Below, piece by piece: positions 49,201 through 62,400 of a stretch of DNA of 64,000 nt. How positions within the stretch are numbered: the first letter of the stretch is position 1; every line of letters starts with the position of its first letter. Made by a program: the position numbers and the translations under genes. Under the pieces are notes generated by a model. That model had not been told where the DNA came from. It did not search any database and was given only the letters and a program-made list of their open reading frames with translations. This stretch comes from Antedon mediterranea (lineage: Eukaryota > Animalia > Echinodermata). The stretch is from the NCBI RefSeq assembly GCF_964355755.1, contig NC_092675.1, positions 10,597,812 through 10,661,811 on the forward strand. Reading direction: 5' to 3'.

Positions 49201-49930
49201 AAAAATAAAAACACATTTTAATTTGTTTAGCTAGGCTAGTTACTTATGCACCTACGCCGGCCTGTGCTGTAGGCCTAAATAAATGAAATGTCATTTAGGC
49301 CTAGGCCTAACTGCAGTAGTAGGCCTAGGCCTAGTAAACACTGACAAAATATGACATTTATTATGTCCTACTACTACTAGCCTAGCCTAGGTAGTCTCTA
49401 TATAAAGTAATTAAACTTGAGATCCAACACTATTTTATATTTAATTTTCACAGTAAATAATGGTGTAATAGCACAATATTATGGCTAGGCTTGAGGATCA
49501 AATGATTGTGGGTTAATTAAGTTGGATACAATACAAACAAACGATTTAGGTTTTTTAAACTCACCAATTAAATTTGGCTAGATTAGAGGGATGTTAATCA
49601 TATAGGCCTAGGCCTAGCCTAAGTTATATGACATCAAATGTATATTTTATCAATCTATTATCTACTGTATGCTAGCTTTTTATTTAGGCTAAATATTATT
49701 AATATTACTGTTGCATGTATGGATGCTTGTTGCAGGCACTTTTTGCTTGAGATCACGCCATGTTTTCAGATATCACACCACCGCCGCCCGGCATTTCATT
49801 CAAGCATGTGCCCAACTTTCTTGCCACGTTTAACAACTTCAAACATATATTACTTACCTAAAACATATTTAAACATTAAGCAGTGTAAACTAAATAGTAA
49901 CAGCACATTCAGTCGTAATGAAGAAACCAT
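37221..49930 (-). CDS. VLDLR: Gene A: VLDL-receptor-like / lipophorin-receptor-like protein, about 878 aa (likely co-orthologue of LDLR/VLDLR/LRP8)
   Basis: 12 phase-compatible exons: 49930-49858, 49192-49082, 43702-43580, 42060-41941, 41460-41092, 40814-40689, 40487-40362, 40028-39383, 39244-38844, 38551-38164, 37862-37727, 37238-37221 (2637 nt). Domains: SP, 8 LDLa, EGF-A/B, YWTD propeller, EGF-C, T/P-rich stalk, TM and [14 protein letters not shown] tail. The symbol reflects architecture, not proven 1:1 orthology. Confidence 0.92.
37727..37862 (-). CDS. Gene A exon: cytoplasmic tail with FDNPVY internalisation signal
   Basis: [25 protein letters not shown]. Confidence 0.95.
38164..38551 (-). 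CDS. Gene A exon: EGF-C, O-linked-sugar-like stalk and transmembrane helix
   Basis: [25 protein letters not shown]; [14 protein letters not shown]; [25 protein letters not shown]. Confidence 0.93.
38844..39244 (-). CDS. Gene A exon: YWTD propeller, second half
   Basis: [36 protein letters not shown]. Confidence 0.95.
39383..40028 (-). CDS. Gene A exon: EGF-A, EGF-B and first half of the YWTD propeller
   Basis: [40 protein letters not shown]. Confidence 0.95.
40362..40487 (-). CDS. Gene A exon: LDLa 8
   Basis: [39 protein letters not shown]. Confidence 0.92.
40689..40814 (-). CDS. Gene A exon: LDLa 7
   Basis: [37 protein letters not shown]. Confidence 0.92.
41092..41460 (-). CDS. Gene A exon: LDLa 4-6
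   Basis: Three LDLa repeats in one 369-nt phase 1-1 exon. Confidence 0.95.
41941..42060 (-). CDS. Gene A exon: LDLa 3
   Basis: [37 protein letters not shown]. Confidence 0.93.
43580..43702 (-). CDS. Gene A exon: LDLa 2
   Basis: [38 protein letters not shown]. Confidence 0.93.
44541..44709 (-). CDS. Gene A candidate alternative first coding exon (second signal peptide)
   Basis: [56 protein letters not shown], then donor GTAAGA in phase 1, in frame with the LDLa 2 exon. Confidence 0.7.
44791..44980 (-). promoter_or_regulatory. Candidate internal promoter: Inr, TATA, three CCAAT boxes, SRE-like site
   Basis: Minus-strand TCAGTC (A at 44794), TATATAGA starting 44822 (about -28), CCAAT at 44857-61, 44941-45 and 44974-78, ATCACCTCAC at 44923-44932. 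Confidence 0.6.
49082..49192 (-). CDS. Gene A exon 2: LDLa 1
   Basis: [36 protein letters not shown]. Confidence 0.93.
49752..49790. promoter_or_regulatory. Tandem SRE-like motifs plus GC box in gene A intron 1
   Basis: ATCACGCCAT (49752-61), ATCACACCAC (49772-81), then CCGCCGCCC. Confidence 0.4.
49858..49930 (-). CDS. Gene A exon 1: signal peptide
   Basis: [25 protein letters not shown], phase-1 donor GTAAGT. A CRE palindrome TGACGTCA lies upstream at 50084-50091. Confidence 0.8.
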
Positions 49931-50330
49931 TTCCTAAAGAACTGTGTATAAATCCGTGTCAAAATGTCTGGAGTAATTTCAAAAGGTATTCCGGAGTGTA
50001 CTAGACTTCGTGTGTATTCTCTTCGGCGGGCGTTTTTCATCTGCTGCTGCTCTGATAATAAAAAAGGCACACAACTATGGAAATGACGTCACATCAGGAG
50101 ATTAATTTTTGAATGAGTGCCAAGAAATGGCGACTGACTGATATTATAATTATTAACCTACCTCGTGTAACTATGTTTCTTACAAAATTATACGAACAAT
50201 ACTATATCATATAAACATAATAAAGTACAGAGTACAATTTAAAACATATTCTAAGGTGATTTTAGACTTCGTTTTAAACATTTTACATTTAAGAGGGAGA
50301 ACAAACAGCTGTTGGAATAGCCAAAATATT

Positions 50331-50389
50331 TACTATACTACACACACACGACGCGCTGTTTACACGTCACGTGTGTGTGTAGTATAGTA
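50331..50389. repeat. Perfect 20-bp inverted repeat with a 19-bp spacer
   Basis: TACTATACTACACACACACG ... CGTGTGTGTGTAGTATAGTA. Confidence 0.9.
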
Positions 50390-53302
50390 GTAATTGTCAC
50401 ATGATTATAACATTGTTTTCATTGACGCACATAATAATAATCATAATATTATATAATTTCTGTTGTCAAAATTACTGTATGATAGAGCATGGAGGTATAA
50501 CCTACATGGATAGAGGTAGAATTTTCAACAGCATTTTATTTAGATCAAGAGGAAACAAAAAGTAAACGACATTTAGTTCTCTACTGCATATTATAATTAT
50601 TTGTGTAGAGGCTACACGACACTAAATAGAGGAGGCCTATATTATGTTAGTTAGAAGAAATAGACTACTGCTGTAACTAACAGTAACACTAATAATAAAT
50701 ATTGATAATGACATTGCAGTAACTCCACAGTAAAATACCGTACTAACTACTCGTAGTAATAATACTAACATAACTTAACATATAGAATAGAAAGAGAAAA
50801 TATATGATAACCAAATTTAATTGTCACTATGGCCAATTAAAAGGTTATATGCATTGATTTAAATACATTTATATTGATTCTTTTTATTATAGGTCCAAAA
50901 GATAGATTTATTGACTTGACGAATCGAAATTTAAATTTCGCACAGAAAGATTTTGTAAATCGACCATACCACCATCCATATTTTTATTGTCCTAAGGCAC
51001 CATGGAGGAAAAAAATAATTATTTTTTCCTCCATGGTAACACTAATACATATTCAGTCATGCCAGAATTTTAGCATATTAAAAGGTGTGAAAATTTCACA
51101 CAATTATAAACAATTTTTATCACCCTATAGTTAGTTAATATACAATGAGTACAGATTTAAGATAAGATCAGCCATGGAGGAATTATCAACCAATAGTCAT
51201 TTATTCATGCTTTGATTTTGACCCTGTGGCAAAAGGTAAGGTGAATTCCCTTTGTTTCCATTAAGAAAACTGCTCATTCACAACAGGGAGTTGTTATTAG
51301 AACTCCCTGTTCACAAGTATCTGACAGATTATATTTATCATCATGCCATAATAATATCCAATCAGACAAAAATTAACTGGAAGGAATGACACATTGCATG
51401 GTTCTCGAACGAAATAAAATCAAAAGTAGTTTGTTCTCACTTTAATAATTTAAAACACAAACAACTGAGTTATTTTGCTGAAAGAAGGTACAGATGGTTA
51501 GTTAACTGTAAATAAGTGTTTTAATTTAACCTATTCGTAATATTAAATGACAGTTTGGACGGCCTTGAGAGAGAAGAAATTTTCTTTCTTTTTCAATGGG
51601 ATTTTAGAATAATTTAAAAGAATATTAATAATAATAATAATATTTAAAGTCTTGGCAGTTAACTTTCTTTCAGCTAAACGGGATGATATCTGATCTTCAT
51701 ATTCATAAAATGTGTTTGAATGGTTGTGTGGCGTTATGTGTTCTTCCCAATTTTATTTCTTCAAACAGATCATGAATAAATATAAAAATAATTGCACCAA
51801 TGTATGGTTCATCAGTAATTCATTTTTTAAGGATATAGTGTACGGTATCAAAACTAAAATTTTTCATATAAACATTACATTATTGATACGCACAACGTAT
51901 ATATAATACGTATATAAATAATATAATAGTAACGTTTCGTTGTGGCTTCAAATTATAATTTAAATAGTTTCTTTGTTTATACTCCTGGTGTATACTGTAT
52001 ATACATGTATATACCATTCGGACGATAAAAAGATTATTATAAGTAATTCTAACGACAGGTTTGTATTGAGTCATCGAGACTCAGGAAATAAACAAATCTT
52101 TTTTACTTTAGACTGTGTGTTCGGACAAAACAAAACAAAAAAACTTGTGACGAGTTCGGGTTATCCGAGTTAACGCGCACACTGTGGAACTAAATAGCAA
52201 TACATTTTCACACTAAATAAATTTGTTGTTACAACTTGTAACATATTTGATCTCCCCACTTACTGAATTGAATCATGATTATTTTTAACATCTGTCTCAC
52301 ATATGAGGGAGGCTGTTGGAGCATTCGTAGTTTTCTTCTTACTACTGCAAAAGGTTTTTGTGCGCCGTGTTTGAATATGTTTTCCCATTGTGCGCAGGAA
52401 ATTTCTCTCAAAATCAGTTGTGTATGAGGTTGTGATTGGAATCAAACGTAATGTTGGTCGGCCGCGTGTGGGCCTATATGTTATCATGGAAATAATTCTT
52501 CATGGATATAGCATAGGTAACATTACGGGACCTATTTCTATTCTATTTTTTCATTAATGACGTCATCAAAATGAAAGATGAAGATAATCACCTAAGAATT
52601 TTGGCAAATGTGAATGTGATAAACTATGTGAAATGAGATGAAAATATACTTTTTCAATTCGACTGGCCATTTTAAAAAATGACGAAAGTTATCCTTTTGC
52701 TTACGTGGTGGTAACAGAATGAACTATTATTAACAGGTTTGCATCCTTAATGTAAAGTGAGGGTGTAGGTAAAGTTGTGCTTATGGCAACGCAACATTCT
52801 CTATGCTTAGACAACAAAAGAACAGCATTTTTATTTTTGTGGTAATATCTCTAAAGACCTAAACACCAACGTGTTGAAGAAATTAGTTTAATGTCCATAA
52901 AACCAAAATGGCCGCTACCCACAGTGTTTTTTTTATACCTGTACCGTATATCAGGTTACTCAGTTATCAAAATAGCACCTTTTTTTTCGAATTGTATATA
53001 GGCCTACTGCTTCACTCTCTACACATTATTTTGCATATGTGCTCATTATAATATTATATTCAGTCAATTGAAAATCAAAGACGGTGGTAATTTTAAGATG
53101 CCCACTGCTGTAGACCACAATCCTATTTTGACTTAATATTTAGAATCAAAATCAAATTATTTTTCTTCGAAGTAATTACCCACCTTTATTGTTATATTTT
53201 TAAATTTATAATACTTTACTGAAATCTAAATAAATGTGTGTTTCTAGTGTTTCTATCTAAAGACACTGAGAAACGGTGCTTGCTTGCTTAATTAAATAAT
53301 TA

Positions 53303-53333
53303 AATAATAATAATAATGATGATGATGATAATG

Positions 53334-53401
<68 letters not shown>

Positions 53402-53407
53402 AATAAT
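53303..53407. repeat. (AAT)n/(GAT)n microsatellite
   Basis: Direct reading. Confidence 0.95.
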
Positions 53408-54059
53408 CGGACTCAATGGACTCTTCATTATTCGACGAAGCGATTGTTATTGACTTCATCAATTTCCCCTAAAAACAGTGGCTTCTTTCTATATCAGCAT
53501 GTTCTGAAATAGATATGCTCTGTAGGAATTTCTTGTTTGTGAAAAGATTCAGGACAGAAATTCCTTTAAAAATAACCCATATCCATAAATGTTGGTCTTT
53601 ATCTGCTCTTTCAGCATTTGGTTATTATGGCCGTATGTGGTATTACTGAAGATGAATATTTAAGTATGACTTCTTTGTGAGGCAAATAAGCCTGGTTGAT
53701 GCGATAGAAGATGAACCATCTGAACTTTTTAGTGAGACCTCGGTAGAATACTGCTATACTGATTTAAGGAGTAACTTTACAAATAGCAACTTGGATTGTG
53801 GAGAATTATATAATGAAGAGTGAGAAACCAATAAAGAAGAAGAGGAGGCAAGAACAATTCAGGAAATGGAAAACGGAAGCATTAAGGACCAGATGAGATT
53901 CCTGTTAAAGCTCTTAAATTCTTGGGGGAATTTGGGATAAATAATACCACAAGAATTCTGACTAGCATAGAACAATATTAGTTTTAATAAGTCATATGCC
54001 TATAACAAAAGTTTTACTAAAAGTTATACTAATGCATATTTAGAACGATTGAAATTGCA

Positions 54060-54420
54060 GAGGTTTCACCATGTCTTTTCAATCTTTACAGTGAAACCAT
54101 TTTAAGATGCAAGATTCCCCAGGGGCAAACATTGGTGAAAGAAACAAAAAAACAATTTACAACACCTGTATGATACGGTATTACTTTCAGAATGTGAATC
54201 AAAGTTGCAGGATTTATAAGTTGACAGAAGAGTGAAGATATGGTACCGGTAACATTCAAAGTTAGAATATTAATGTCAGTTGAACCTGTATAGCAAAGGA
54301 AGTGGAACAGGTAGTAAACTTCAAATACTTTGGTCATAATAAAAGAAGATGATGCAAGAAGACGATCACTGGAGATGTTTAAAAAAAAATGAATTGTTCA
54401 ACTTAAATTAAAGATGGTAA
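54060..54420 (+). mobile_element. Heavily degraded RTE-clade LINE reverse-transcriptase fragment
   Basis: SPCLFNLYSETILR near 54067 and EVEQVVNFKYFG..ARRRS near 54300, resembling RTE RT motifs. Confidence 0.5.
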
Positions 54421-56062
54421 ATATATTTCAAAAAGACTGCCAATTTTCTCAAAGGGAAAGTTTGAGAAAGATGTATCATTCTTAAACCTGATTTATTAGA
54501 AAAAGGAAACTACATTTCAGTGAAACCTAAAAATATAATCAGATGAGCTTTAGGCCTATGTACTATGTATGAATTTCTTCTTCTGGTGTCAAGTGTGGTT
54601 GCAGATTATTGATTGATTTGGGTAATTGGGTAAAATTGAGAGAAAACGGCCATTTTAGTTTGTGAAATTAGCAACTTGTTTTCTTGTTTTTTCTCCATTC
54701 TTGTGTTGTTGTTGGGTCTTAGGAAGTACCTACAATAAAAATAAATTTTGTTTGTCAATATTGTAGGTCAAACCGTATAGATTTATATAGGTAAAATGTG
54801 TGTATTGGATCATGGAACTATAATATCTAGTTCCATGATTTGATAGAGGTCGAGGTATTATTACAGTAGGTTCCATTCCATTGGAAATACTGGCGACATA
54901 ATGATGCAATAGTGTCAAAATGCCCAGGCCACGATGAGTCAATTTCCGTTCATTCATAATATTTAGCAATAGGTTGGTTTTATAGATAATCTTTATTTCT
55001 ATATAGTTAACATAAGAAGTACGTCAGGATAAATAGGTCTGTTTTGATCTTCAACTAAACAAACACAGTATGTAGAAAAGGCTACCAGCATATATATTAT
55101 ATACAATAATAATATTTAATATATATTTTGTATTTATTTTAAAGTAATAACCTGGAAGCTCTCTACTTATTAACCGCTTTTCGTTAAACTGTTTAATCAA
55201 AGCTATACGTGGTTAATATACTTCAATAAATAATAGCAGGGAAATCAAGAAATTAAAAGCAGGGAAATTCTTGAACTCATATGCCAAGTAAGCATTAAAA
55301 TATTGTATTGATTATGGCGATTGAAGATAAAAATAATAATGATGACAATAATAAATCGTGATGGTAAAGTGATGCGTCTCATGCTGTATATGGAGTTTCC
55401 GAAAAATGTTTTTCCAAAGAATTTACCGTAGTTCATACGATGGATTTAAATTACAATTTACACACGTTCCCTGCTTCTACTTTCTCTGATAGATTTCCTG
55501 TTTGGTTTTTACCCAATTGGATGCATTGCTGTATAGCGGATCAAGACATTCGGGTGTAAGGGCAGGGGGAACTAATCACTAATATTTTTTAGGTTGGTTT
55601 GAACAAGGCAATCTCACATTGCCTTGGATTAATTTTGTTATTAATATATTCACCACAGTCTCATTTTCTAACCAGCTGTTGCTCTGTAGAAACTGTATAT
55701 AGGCCTATTACAAACGCAATTCATTTTTTTTAAATATATAAGGGCCTACATTAGGCCTACAGTACTATATGGTGGTATAATGTACACACTTAGACCAGGG
55801 AGATCTCCCTGCTCAGACGTAAGATTTCAAGCTTGATATCGCCTGATTGACCACGTGCACGTATCAATGACTATACTACTACTTATTATTATTATCCATG
55901 ATTACTAAACCACCGACGCCATGAAGTATTGCACCAAGGGTTATGCCTATAAAGGTAACCCATAGTACATTATACTCCAAGCTGTAATTTATTAGAGATA
56001 TATTTTCCCGATTTAATTCCATTTGACGATTTTAACATTATAATTCGACCTAAAGCCAATAT

Positions 56063-59000
56063 AGGCTAGTCAATCTAGCATTTTGAGTGAAACAAATTGC
56101 AAACAGAGATTTTTTTTTTTAAATGGTTACATATGATAAGGTGATTATTTTTTGAGCATCACACTCATCCCGAAGGTATGCAAATTAGCTTAAATATGCA
56201 AATTAGGGTGAAATTACAGGGTTACCATATCTTAAAAACTACTAATCGTAGAGAGTTCATTTTTGCACAGTCTGGTTCAGAATATATATATTTATATTTG
56301 CTCTAATGAGACATTTTACATAAAAATGTCCGGAAGTACCAAATTTTGACCCTTGACCCCATTTCTCAATATTTACATAAATATGTGATTAAAATGTCTG
56401 TAGAGACTTTATTTTGGACTCAATGACTTGGATATTGTTTTTCAATACCCACCATAGAACTGTATTATAATTCCTAAAATCACAACTTCGTCATGCACCT
56501 CGAAAGTATGCAAATTAGTAGTACAAGTAATATTAAATATGCAAATTAGGGAGTGAAATTACAGCGTTGCCATATCTCGAAAACCGCTAATGCTAGAGTG
56601 TTGATTTTTTCACTAAAATATTTAAAATGTATATATTTATATTTGCTGTAATGAGACATTTTACAAAAAAATGCCCGGAACTATGACATTTGACCCTCGA
56701 CCCCATTTCTCAATATTGCATATATAATGAAAACTAAAATGTCTGTAGAGACTTTGTTTTGCCCTCAAATGACTCGGATACAGGTTTCTAATAGCCAACA
56801 TAGGAATGTTTAGTAAATCTCAAAATCACACCTGTATCACTCACCTTCAAAGTATGCAAATTATTAGTACAAGTTACATGAAATATGCAAATTAGGGGGT
56901 GAAATTACAGGTTCCTATATGTATCGAAAACCGCTAAGGTAGAGAGTTGATTTTTTCAAAAACTTGTTCAGAATGTACATATTTATATTTGCTCTAATGA
57001 AACATTTTACGAAAAAATGACCGGAAATACAACAATTGACCCTTGACCCTATTTATCAATGTTTGCATACATAATGCGACTAAAATGTCTGTAGATAATT
57101 TTTTTTGACTCAAATGACTCGGATACAGTTTTCCTATTGTCAGCATAGGACCGCTTTGTAATTCCCAAAATCACATCTTTGTCACATACCTTGAAAGTAT
57201 GCAAATTATTAGTACAAGTTACATGAAATATGCAAATTAGGGGTGAAATTACAGTCTTCCCATATCTCGAAAACCATTAATGCTAGAGAGTTGATTTGAA
57301 TTCAGAGTTGATTCAGAATTTACATATTATTTATATTCGCTGTAATGAAACATTTTACGCAAAAATTGTCATGATTGAATTATGACATTTGACCCTTGAC
57401 CCTATTTCTCAATATTTTCATATAATTCAACTAAAATATCTGTACAGACTGTTTTGGCCTCAAATGACTCAGATACAGGTTTTCTATAGCCAGCATAGAA
57501 CTGTTAGTAATTCTCAAAATCACACCTTTGTTACTTCCCTAGAAAATATGCAAATTAGTAGTACAAAGAGGTGAAAGTTGCCATATCTCTATCGGTCATT
57601 AGCGTTTTTCGAGATACATAAGGCTGTAATTTGCATATTTCATATAACTTGTACTAATAATTGGCATACTTTCGAGTTGCTTGACTTTTTGGAATTACTA
57701 AACGATCCTATACTGGCTATATAAAACCTGTATCCAAGTCATTTGAGGCCAAAACAAAGTAGTCTGTACATACATTTTAGTTACATTATATGCAAATATT
57801 GAGAAATAGGTTCGAGGGTCAAATGTCATACTTTCGATAATTGTTTTTTCAATAATGAACCAGATACAGGTTTTCTATAGCCAGCATAGAACTGTTTAGT
57901 AATTCTCAAAATCACACCTCTGTTACTTCGCTTGAAAGTATGCAAATCAGTAGTACTAGAAAGTTGCCATATCTCTCTCTCTCTCGGTCATTAGCGTTTT
58001 CGAGATACATAAGGCAATTCACTGTAATTTGCATATTTCATATAGCTTGTACTACTAATTTGCATCCTTTCGAGGTGCTTGACTTATACTGGCTATATAA
58101 AACCTGTATCCGAGTCATTTGAGGCTAAAACAATGTCTGTACATACATTTTAGTTGCATTATGCAAATATTGAGAAATAATAATAATAATATCCTGGATT
58201 TATATAGCGCCTAATGTTGTGAAACCTCTAAGCGCTGTACATAAACTAATACGAAAAAAGGGAATTCCAACCATGCCAAAATGAAGGCGTGATTTTGGGA
58301 ATTACAAAGCGGTCCTATGCTGACTATAGGAAACATGTATCCGAGTTATTTGAGTCCAAAACAAAGTCTCTACAGACATTTTAGTCGCATTATGTATGCA
58401 AACATTGATAAATGGGGTCGAGGGTCAATTGTTGTATTTCCGGTCATTTTTTCGTAAAATGTTTCATTAGAGTAAATATAAATATGTACATTCTGAACAA
58501 GTTATTGGAAAAATCAACTCTCTAGCCTTAGTGGTTTTCGATATATAGGAACCTTTAATTTCACCCTCTAATTTGCATATTTCATGTAACTTGTACTAAT
58601 AATTTGCATACTTTGGAGGTGAGTGATACAGGTGTGATTTTGAGATCTACTAAACAGTCCTATGTTGGCTATTAGAAACCTGTATCGGAGTCATTTGAGG
58701 GCAAAACAAAGTCTCTACAGACATTTTAGTTTCATTTATATATATGCAATATTGAGAAATGGGGTCGAGGGTCAAATGTCATACTTCCGGTCAATTTTTT
58801 GTAAAAGGTTTCATTGGAGCAAATAGAAATATGTACATTTTGAATACGGCTGTGAAAAAATCAGCTCTCTAGCATTAGTGGTTTTCAAGATATAGGACAA
58901 CTGTAATTTTTTCCCCTTATTTGCATATTTTATTTAAATTGTACTACTAATTTGCATACTTTCGAGGTGTGTGACAAAGGTGTGATTTTGGGAATTACAA

Positions 59001-59423
59001 AGTGATCCTATGCTGGTTATTAGGAACCTATGTCTGGGTCATTTGAGGGCAAAATAAAGTCTCTACAGACATTTTAGTCACATTGTATATGCAAACATTG
59101 GGAAATGGGGTCGAAGGTCAAATGTTGTACTTCCGGTCATTTTTTCGTAAAATGTTTCATTAGAGTAAATATAAATATATACATTTTGAATAGATCAGTG
59201 AAAATATCAACTCTCTTGGACTAGTAGTTTTTGAGATATGGTAACCCTGTAATTTCACCCTAATTTGCATATTTAAGCTAATTTGCATATCATAGGGATG
59301 AGTGACAAAGGTGTGATGCTCAAATTTTGATCTCCTCATCATATATGACCATTTAAAAAAGAAAAATCTCTGTTTGCAATTTGTTTCACTTTGGGCTGTT
59401 TTTTTTGCTAGATTGACTAGCCT
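56063..59423. mobile_element. 3.4-kb foldback element made of inverted arrays of a ~345-bp unit
   Basis: Ends AGGCTAGTCAATCTAGCA / TGCTAGATTGACTAGCCT with AATAT on both flanks. TATGCAAATTA recurs about every 330-350 bp in the left arm and inverted in the right arm. Confidence 0.85.
58177..58241 (-). mobile_element. L2/CR1-type LINE or SINE 3' tail inserted in the foldback element
   Basis: Minus strand TGTACAGCGCTTAGAG..GGCGCTATATAAAT..(TAT)n. Confidence 0.55.
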
Positions 59424-62400
59424 AATATAGAAATATGTTTTATAGTTTAACAGGTACAAGTGATATCACGCGACTCAGACGACGTTTATTTATCGTGACG
59501 TCATCTGTAAACTTACAACATTCTTACTTATCGTCGTGTGACATGACATAATCACAAAATGCGAATAATGTAGGTCAAAAGCAAATATGAATATGAAGCA
59601 GTGTATAATAATTATGTATTCCCACTTTCTTTTCTGAAATATAACCACCATGGTCATATTTCACTCAATAGGGCTTACTATTTTATCATGCAATCATTGA
59701 TTTCATAACATTGGTCGAATCCCCTTCGACCAAAATGGCGAAGTTGGTGTCAAGAGTGATAAGGATTTGAACCCGATTTCAACCAACCTTCCTACATGTA
59801 TTAGCAGCATATTCTAAAATACTAATATGGGTAGTGGCTCAATAAATGGGCGGAGGACGGTGGATTGTCTGTTCGTGCTCACTTGTTCTGTGGCCTTGTT
59901 CATGTTAGATCCTCCCCTGACGAGTTGTTTTTTACTGTTCTAAATAGTCCTCCGACGCTGCTGCCTAATCGTGAGAAACGTTTTTATGAAAAACATCAGG
60001 TGTATTGTAATTTTTTATATTCTATTTATATCTATTTAACTGATTCGACTGAATAAATTGTTTTAGTCTTTAAAAAATTACTAAACATTATTAAAATAAT
60101 TAATTTTTATTATGGATTTTTTTTTTTATTGTGTACGGCCTAATTTGAATGATGCATGCCAGCTATTATTATTATTTTAATTGATATGATCTTTTATTTT
60201 TAATGTCGTAGCGCTAATATCAAGTGGACCACACATAAATAAAAACACAAAGTGAATGGTTTTTCTTTGAATTCAGCACTAAAAAAAACGACCAACCCTC
60301 AGGCATCTTCAAAGGATGGGAATTCCACTGATAATAAACAATATTTATGCGAAATGAGAAAGATAAATAAGAAATTTTGTTTTTTACGTAAAAGTTTTAA
60401 TTATTGTTCTTTCTTCATTAGGCCTAAATGATGCTTTTTTATAATTATATTTAATAATTCAAGAAATAATGAATTTTTATCTAAATCAATCCTTAGTAAA
60501 ATGTCTGAAATGAACACAATCCGCGCCTACTGTACATAACTATATAATGCTAAACTTACACTGTATATATTCCTGGGTAGGAGCGTATACTCCATAAGGT
60601 CGCCCAGTCTAACAAACACCATTTCTAATTCCCTAGCCATCGACAAACGTACTCATCGGCAAACAATTCTTCATCTACACGGTTCACTAAAAATATTTAC
60701 CACGGAGGAAGGATTGTATGACCATTATTCAATGATAAATTGGTCATGGTATCTGATCATACCCAGCCTACGTTAACCCAAGTTTACCAATTCCCGTTAT
60801 TTCAGCCTTTTAACTATAAAGCTTCCGCGTGATACAGTTTCCTAATGCTTCCGTCCTCTTCTTGAACATAACTGTCCAAAGGCGCGGCGAGAAAAATACA
60901 GGAAATGAAGATATTGCTCCTACATGTGACAATCCCGATTCTCGACCATGGTATGATTAGTTATACTCCCCTACTACTTCTGAAAATAAAGAAGTGCATT
61001 ATGAAAGCCATTTTCAACATTTGGGAAAATGACTTTGACATAAAAGAAGAATGCATTTGGCAGTAGCATCATCATCATCATCAGAAGCTGTGGACCGAAA
61101 ATTGTTGGTGTGAACACACTGATGACCACCTCACAGTGCGATTCGCGCCAATAGACATTCTCGGTCAAATCTGTCATAGTAAACAAATCATTCATTATCT
61201 GTTAATTTTTCTATGAAAATGGTACCGACGTAGATTTATTAAATAGTATTTCTAAATCAATTTGTACGAGTATTGTCGTCGTAGAGTAAAATATCACATT
61301 ACATACAAGTTCACGTGTCTGTGGGCCGTATGACGTCACATGCAGATTTCATTTGCGTATTTTTAGCGTGTACATAAAACAAGGATGACGTAATATAACA
61401 GAAGCATATTATTATACATTCTAACCTTGTTATTTACTACCAATGACTATAATATTTACCCATCCTCTCAACTATTTCTTTCAATGAGATTTATTTTGTT
61501 TTCATTCTAATCATCGGATTTTGAACATGCAATGGACGTTAGGCCTAATTTGTTACATAGGCTACAGCTTTACTTATGGTTAATTGAAACCAGATGATTG
61601 CCTGTTGTTATTGATTCATAACGAAAAATACAGTTCCACAATCTGTATTCGTTAGTCAACCCAGGGAAGCGTGGTCAAACTAAATACAGAAAAAAAAATA
61701 AATAAATAAAATTTTGAAAGAAAAGGGTATCATTGTTTTACTTTAGGTTACAGGGTTAAAATCTCTTGCTAACTGTCTTTTGAGAGGGTTTACTAAAATT
61801 GTAAAAAAAAGCATAATATTCGCGGTATTTATTTATAGGCCTACAATGCTTCATTTTTGTTATCAGGCCTGGTTTGATGAATGAGACAACGGTTATCAAT
61901 GTAGGCCTACATTTAAAAAGGTGTAATCATAAGGGCAGTTTAGTTGAATGAGTTGCGTATAATGTTGAATTTCTCTTTACTTTTTCGAAATGCTGTGAAC
62001 TTCGTAACGTTTTTTATGCAACTAACCATCTTATTAACAGTTTAACATAAATTGATCATGATGATTTTATGTAAATGGTTTCTCTTAATCGAAAAAAGCA
62101 TCGGTTTCAGTTTCTTTCATAGTCGCTGAAGAATTTGAGTTGCTGCAGTTCCAGTTCGACAATATCCTAATTTTAATAATGAACAATAAATAAATTACAA
62201 TTTGAACAGCGTAGGCTACCCCAAAGCGGAGAAAGGATAGTATGGTATGGTAGTAGCAACTTTTATCCTCATTACTGCAGAGTTACACATATCCGTGTGT
62301 TCGGCTTAGCTATGATCATGGATTCGCCGCAATTGTTACACGAATTGCGGGTACATCATGCGTCAAATATTAGAGGGACCCTATTAGTTATAAGGTCCAT

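Noticed and set aside
9305-49930. Single giant LRP or vitellogenin-receptor gene spanning both clusters
   Set aside because: The upstream cluster ends with TM, FDNPVY and a stop, and the downstream cluster has its own signal-peptide exon.
60870-61210. GC-richer stretch with a 73-aa minus-strand ORF
   Set aside because: No recognisable domain, stops in the other frames I checked, and no convincing splice pair.
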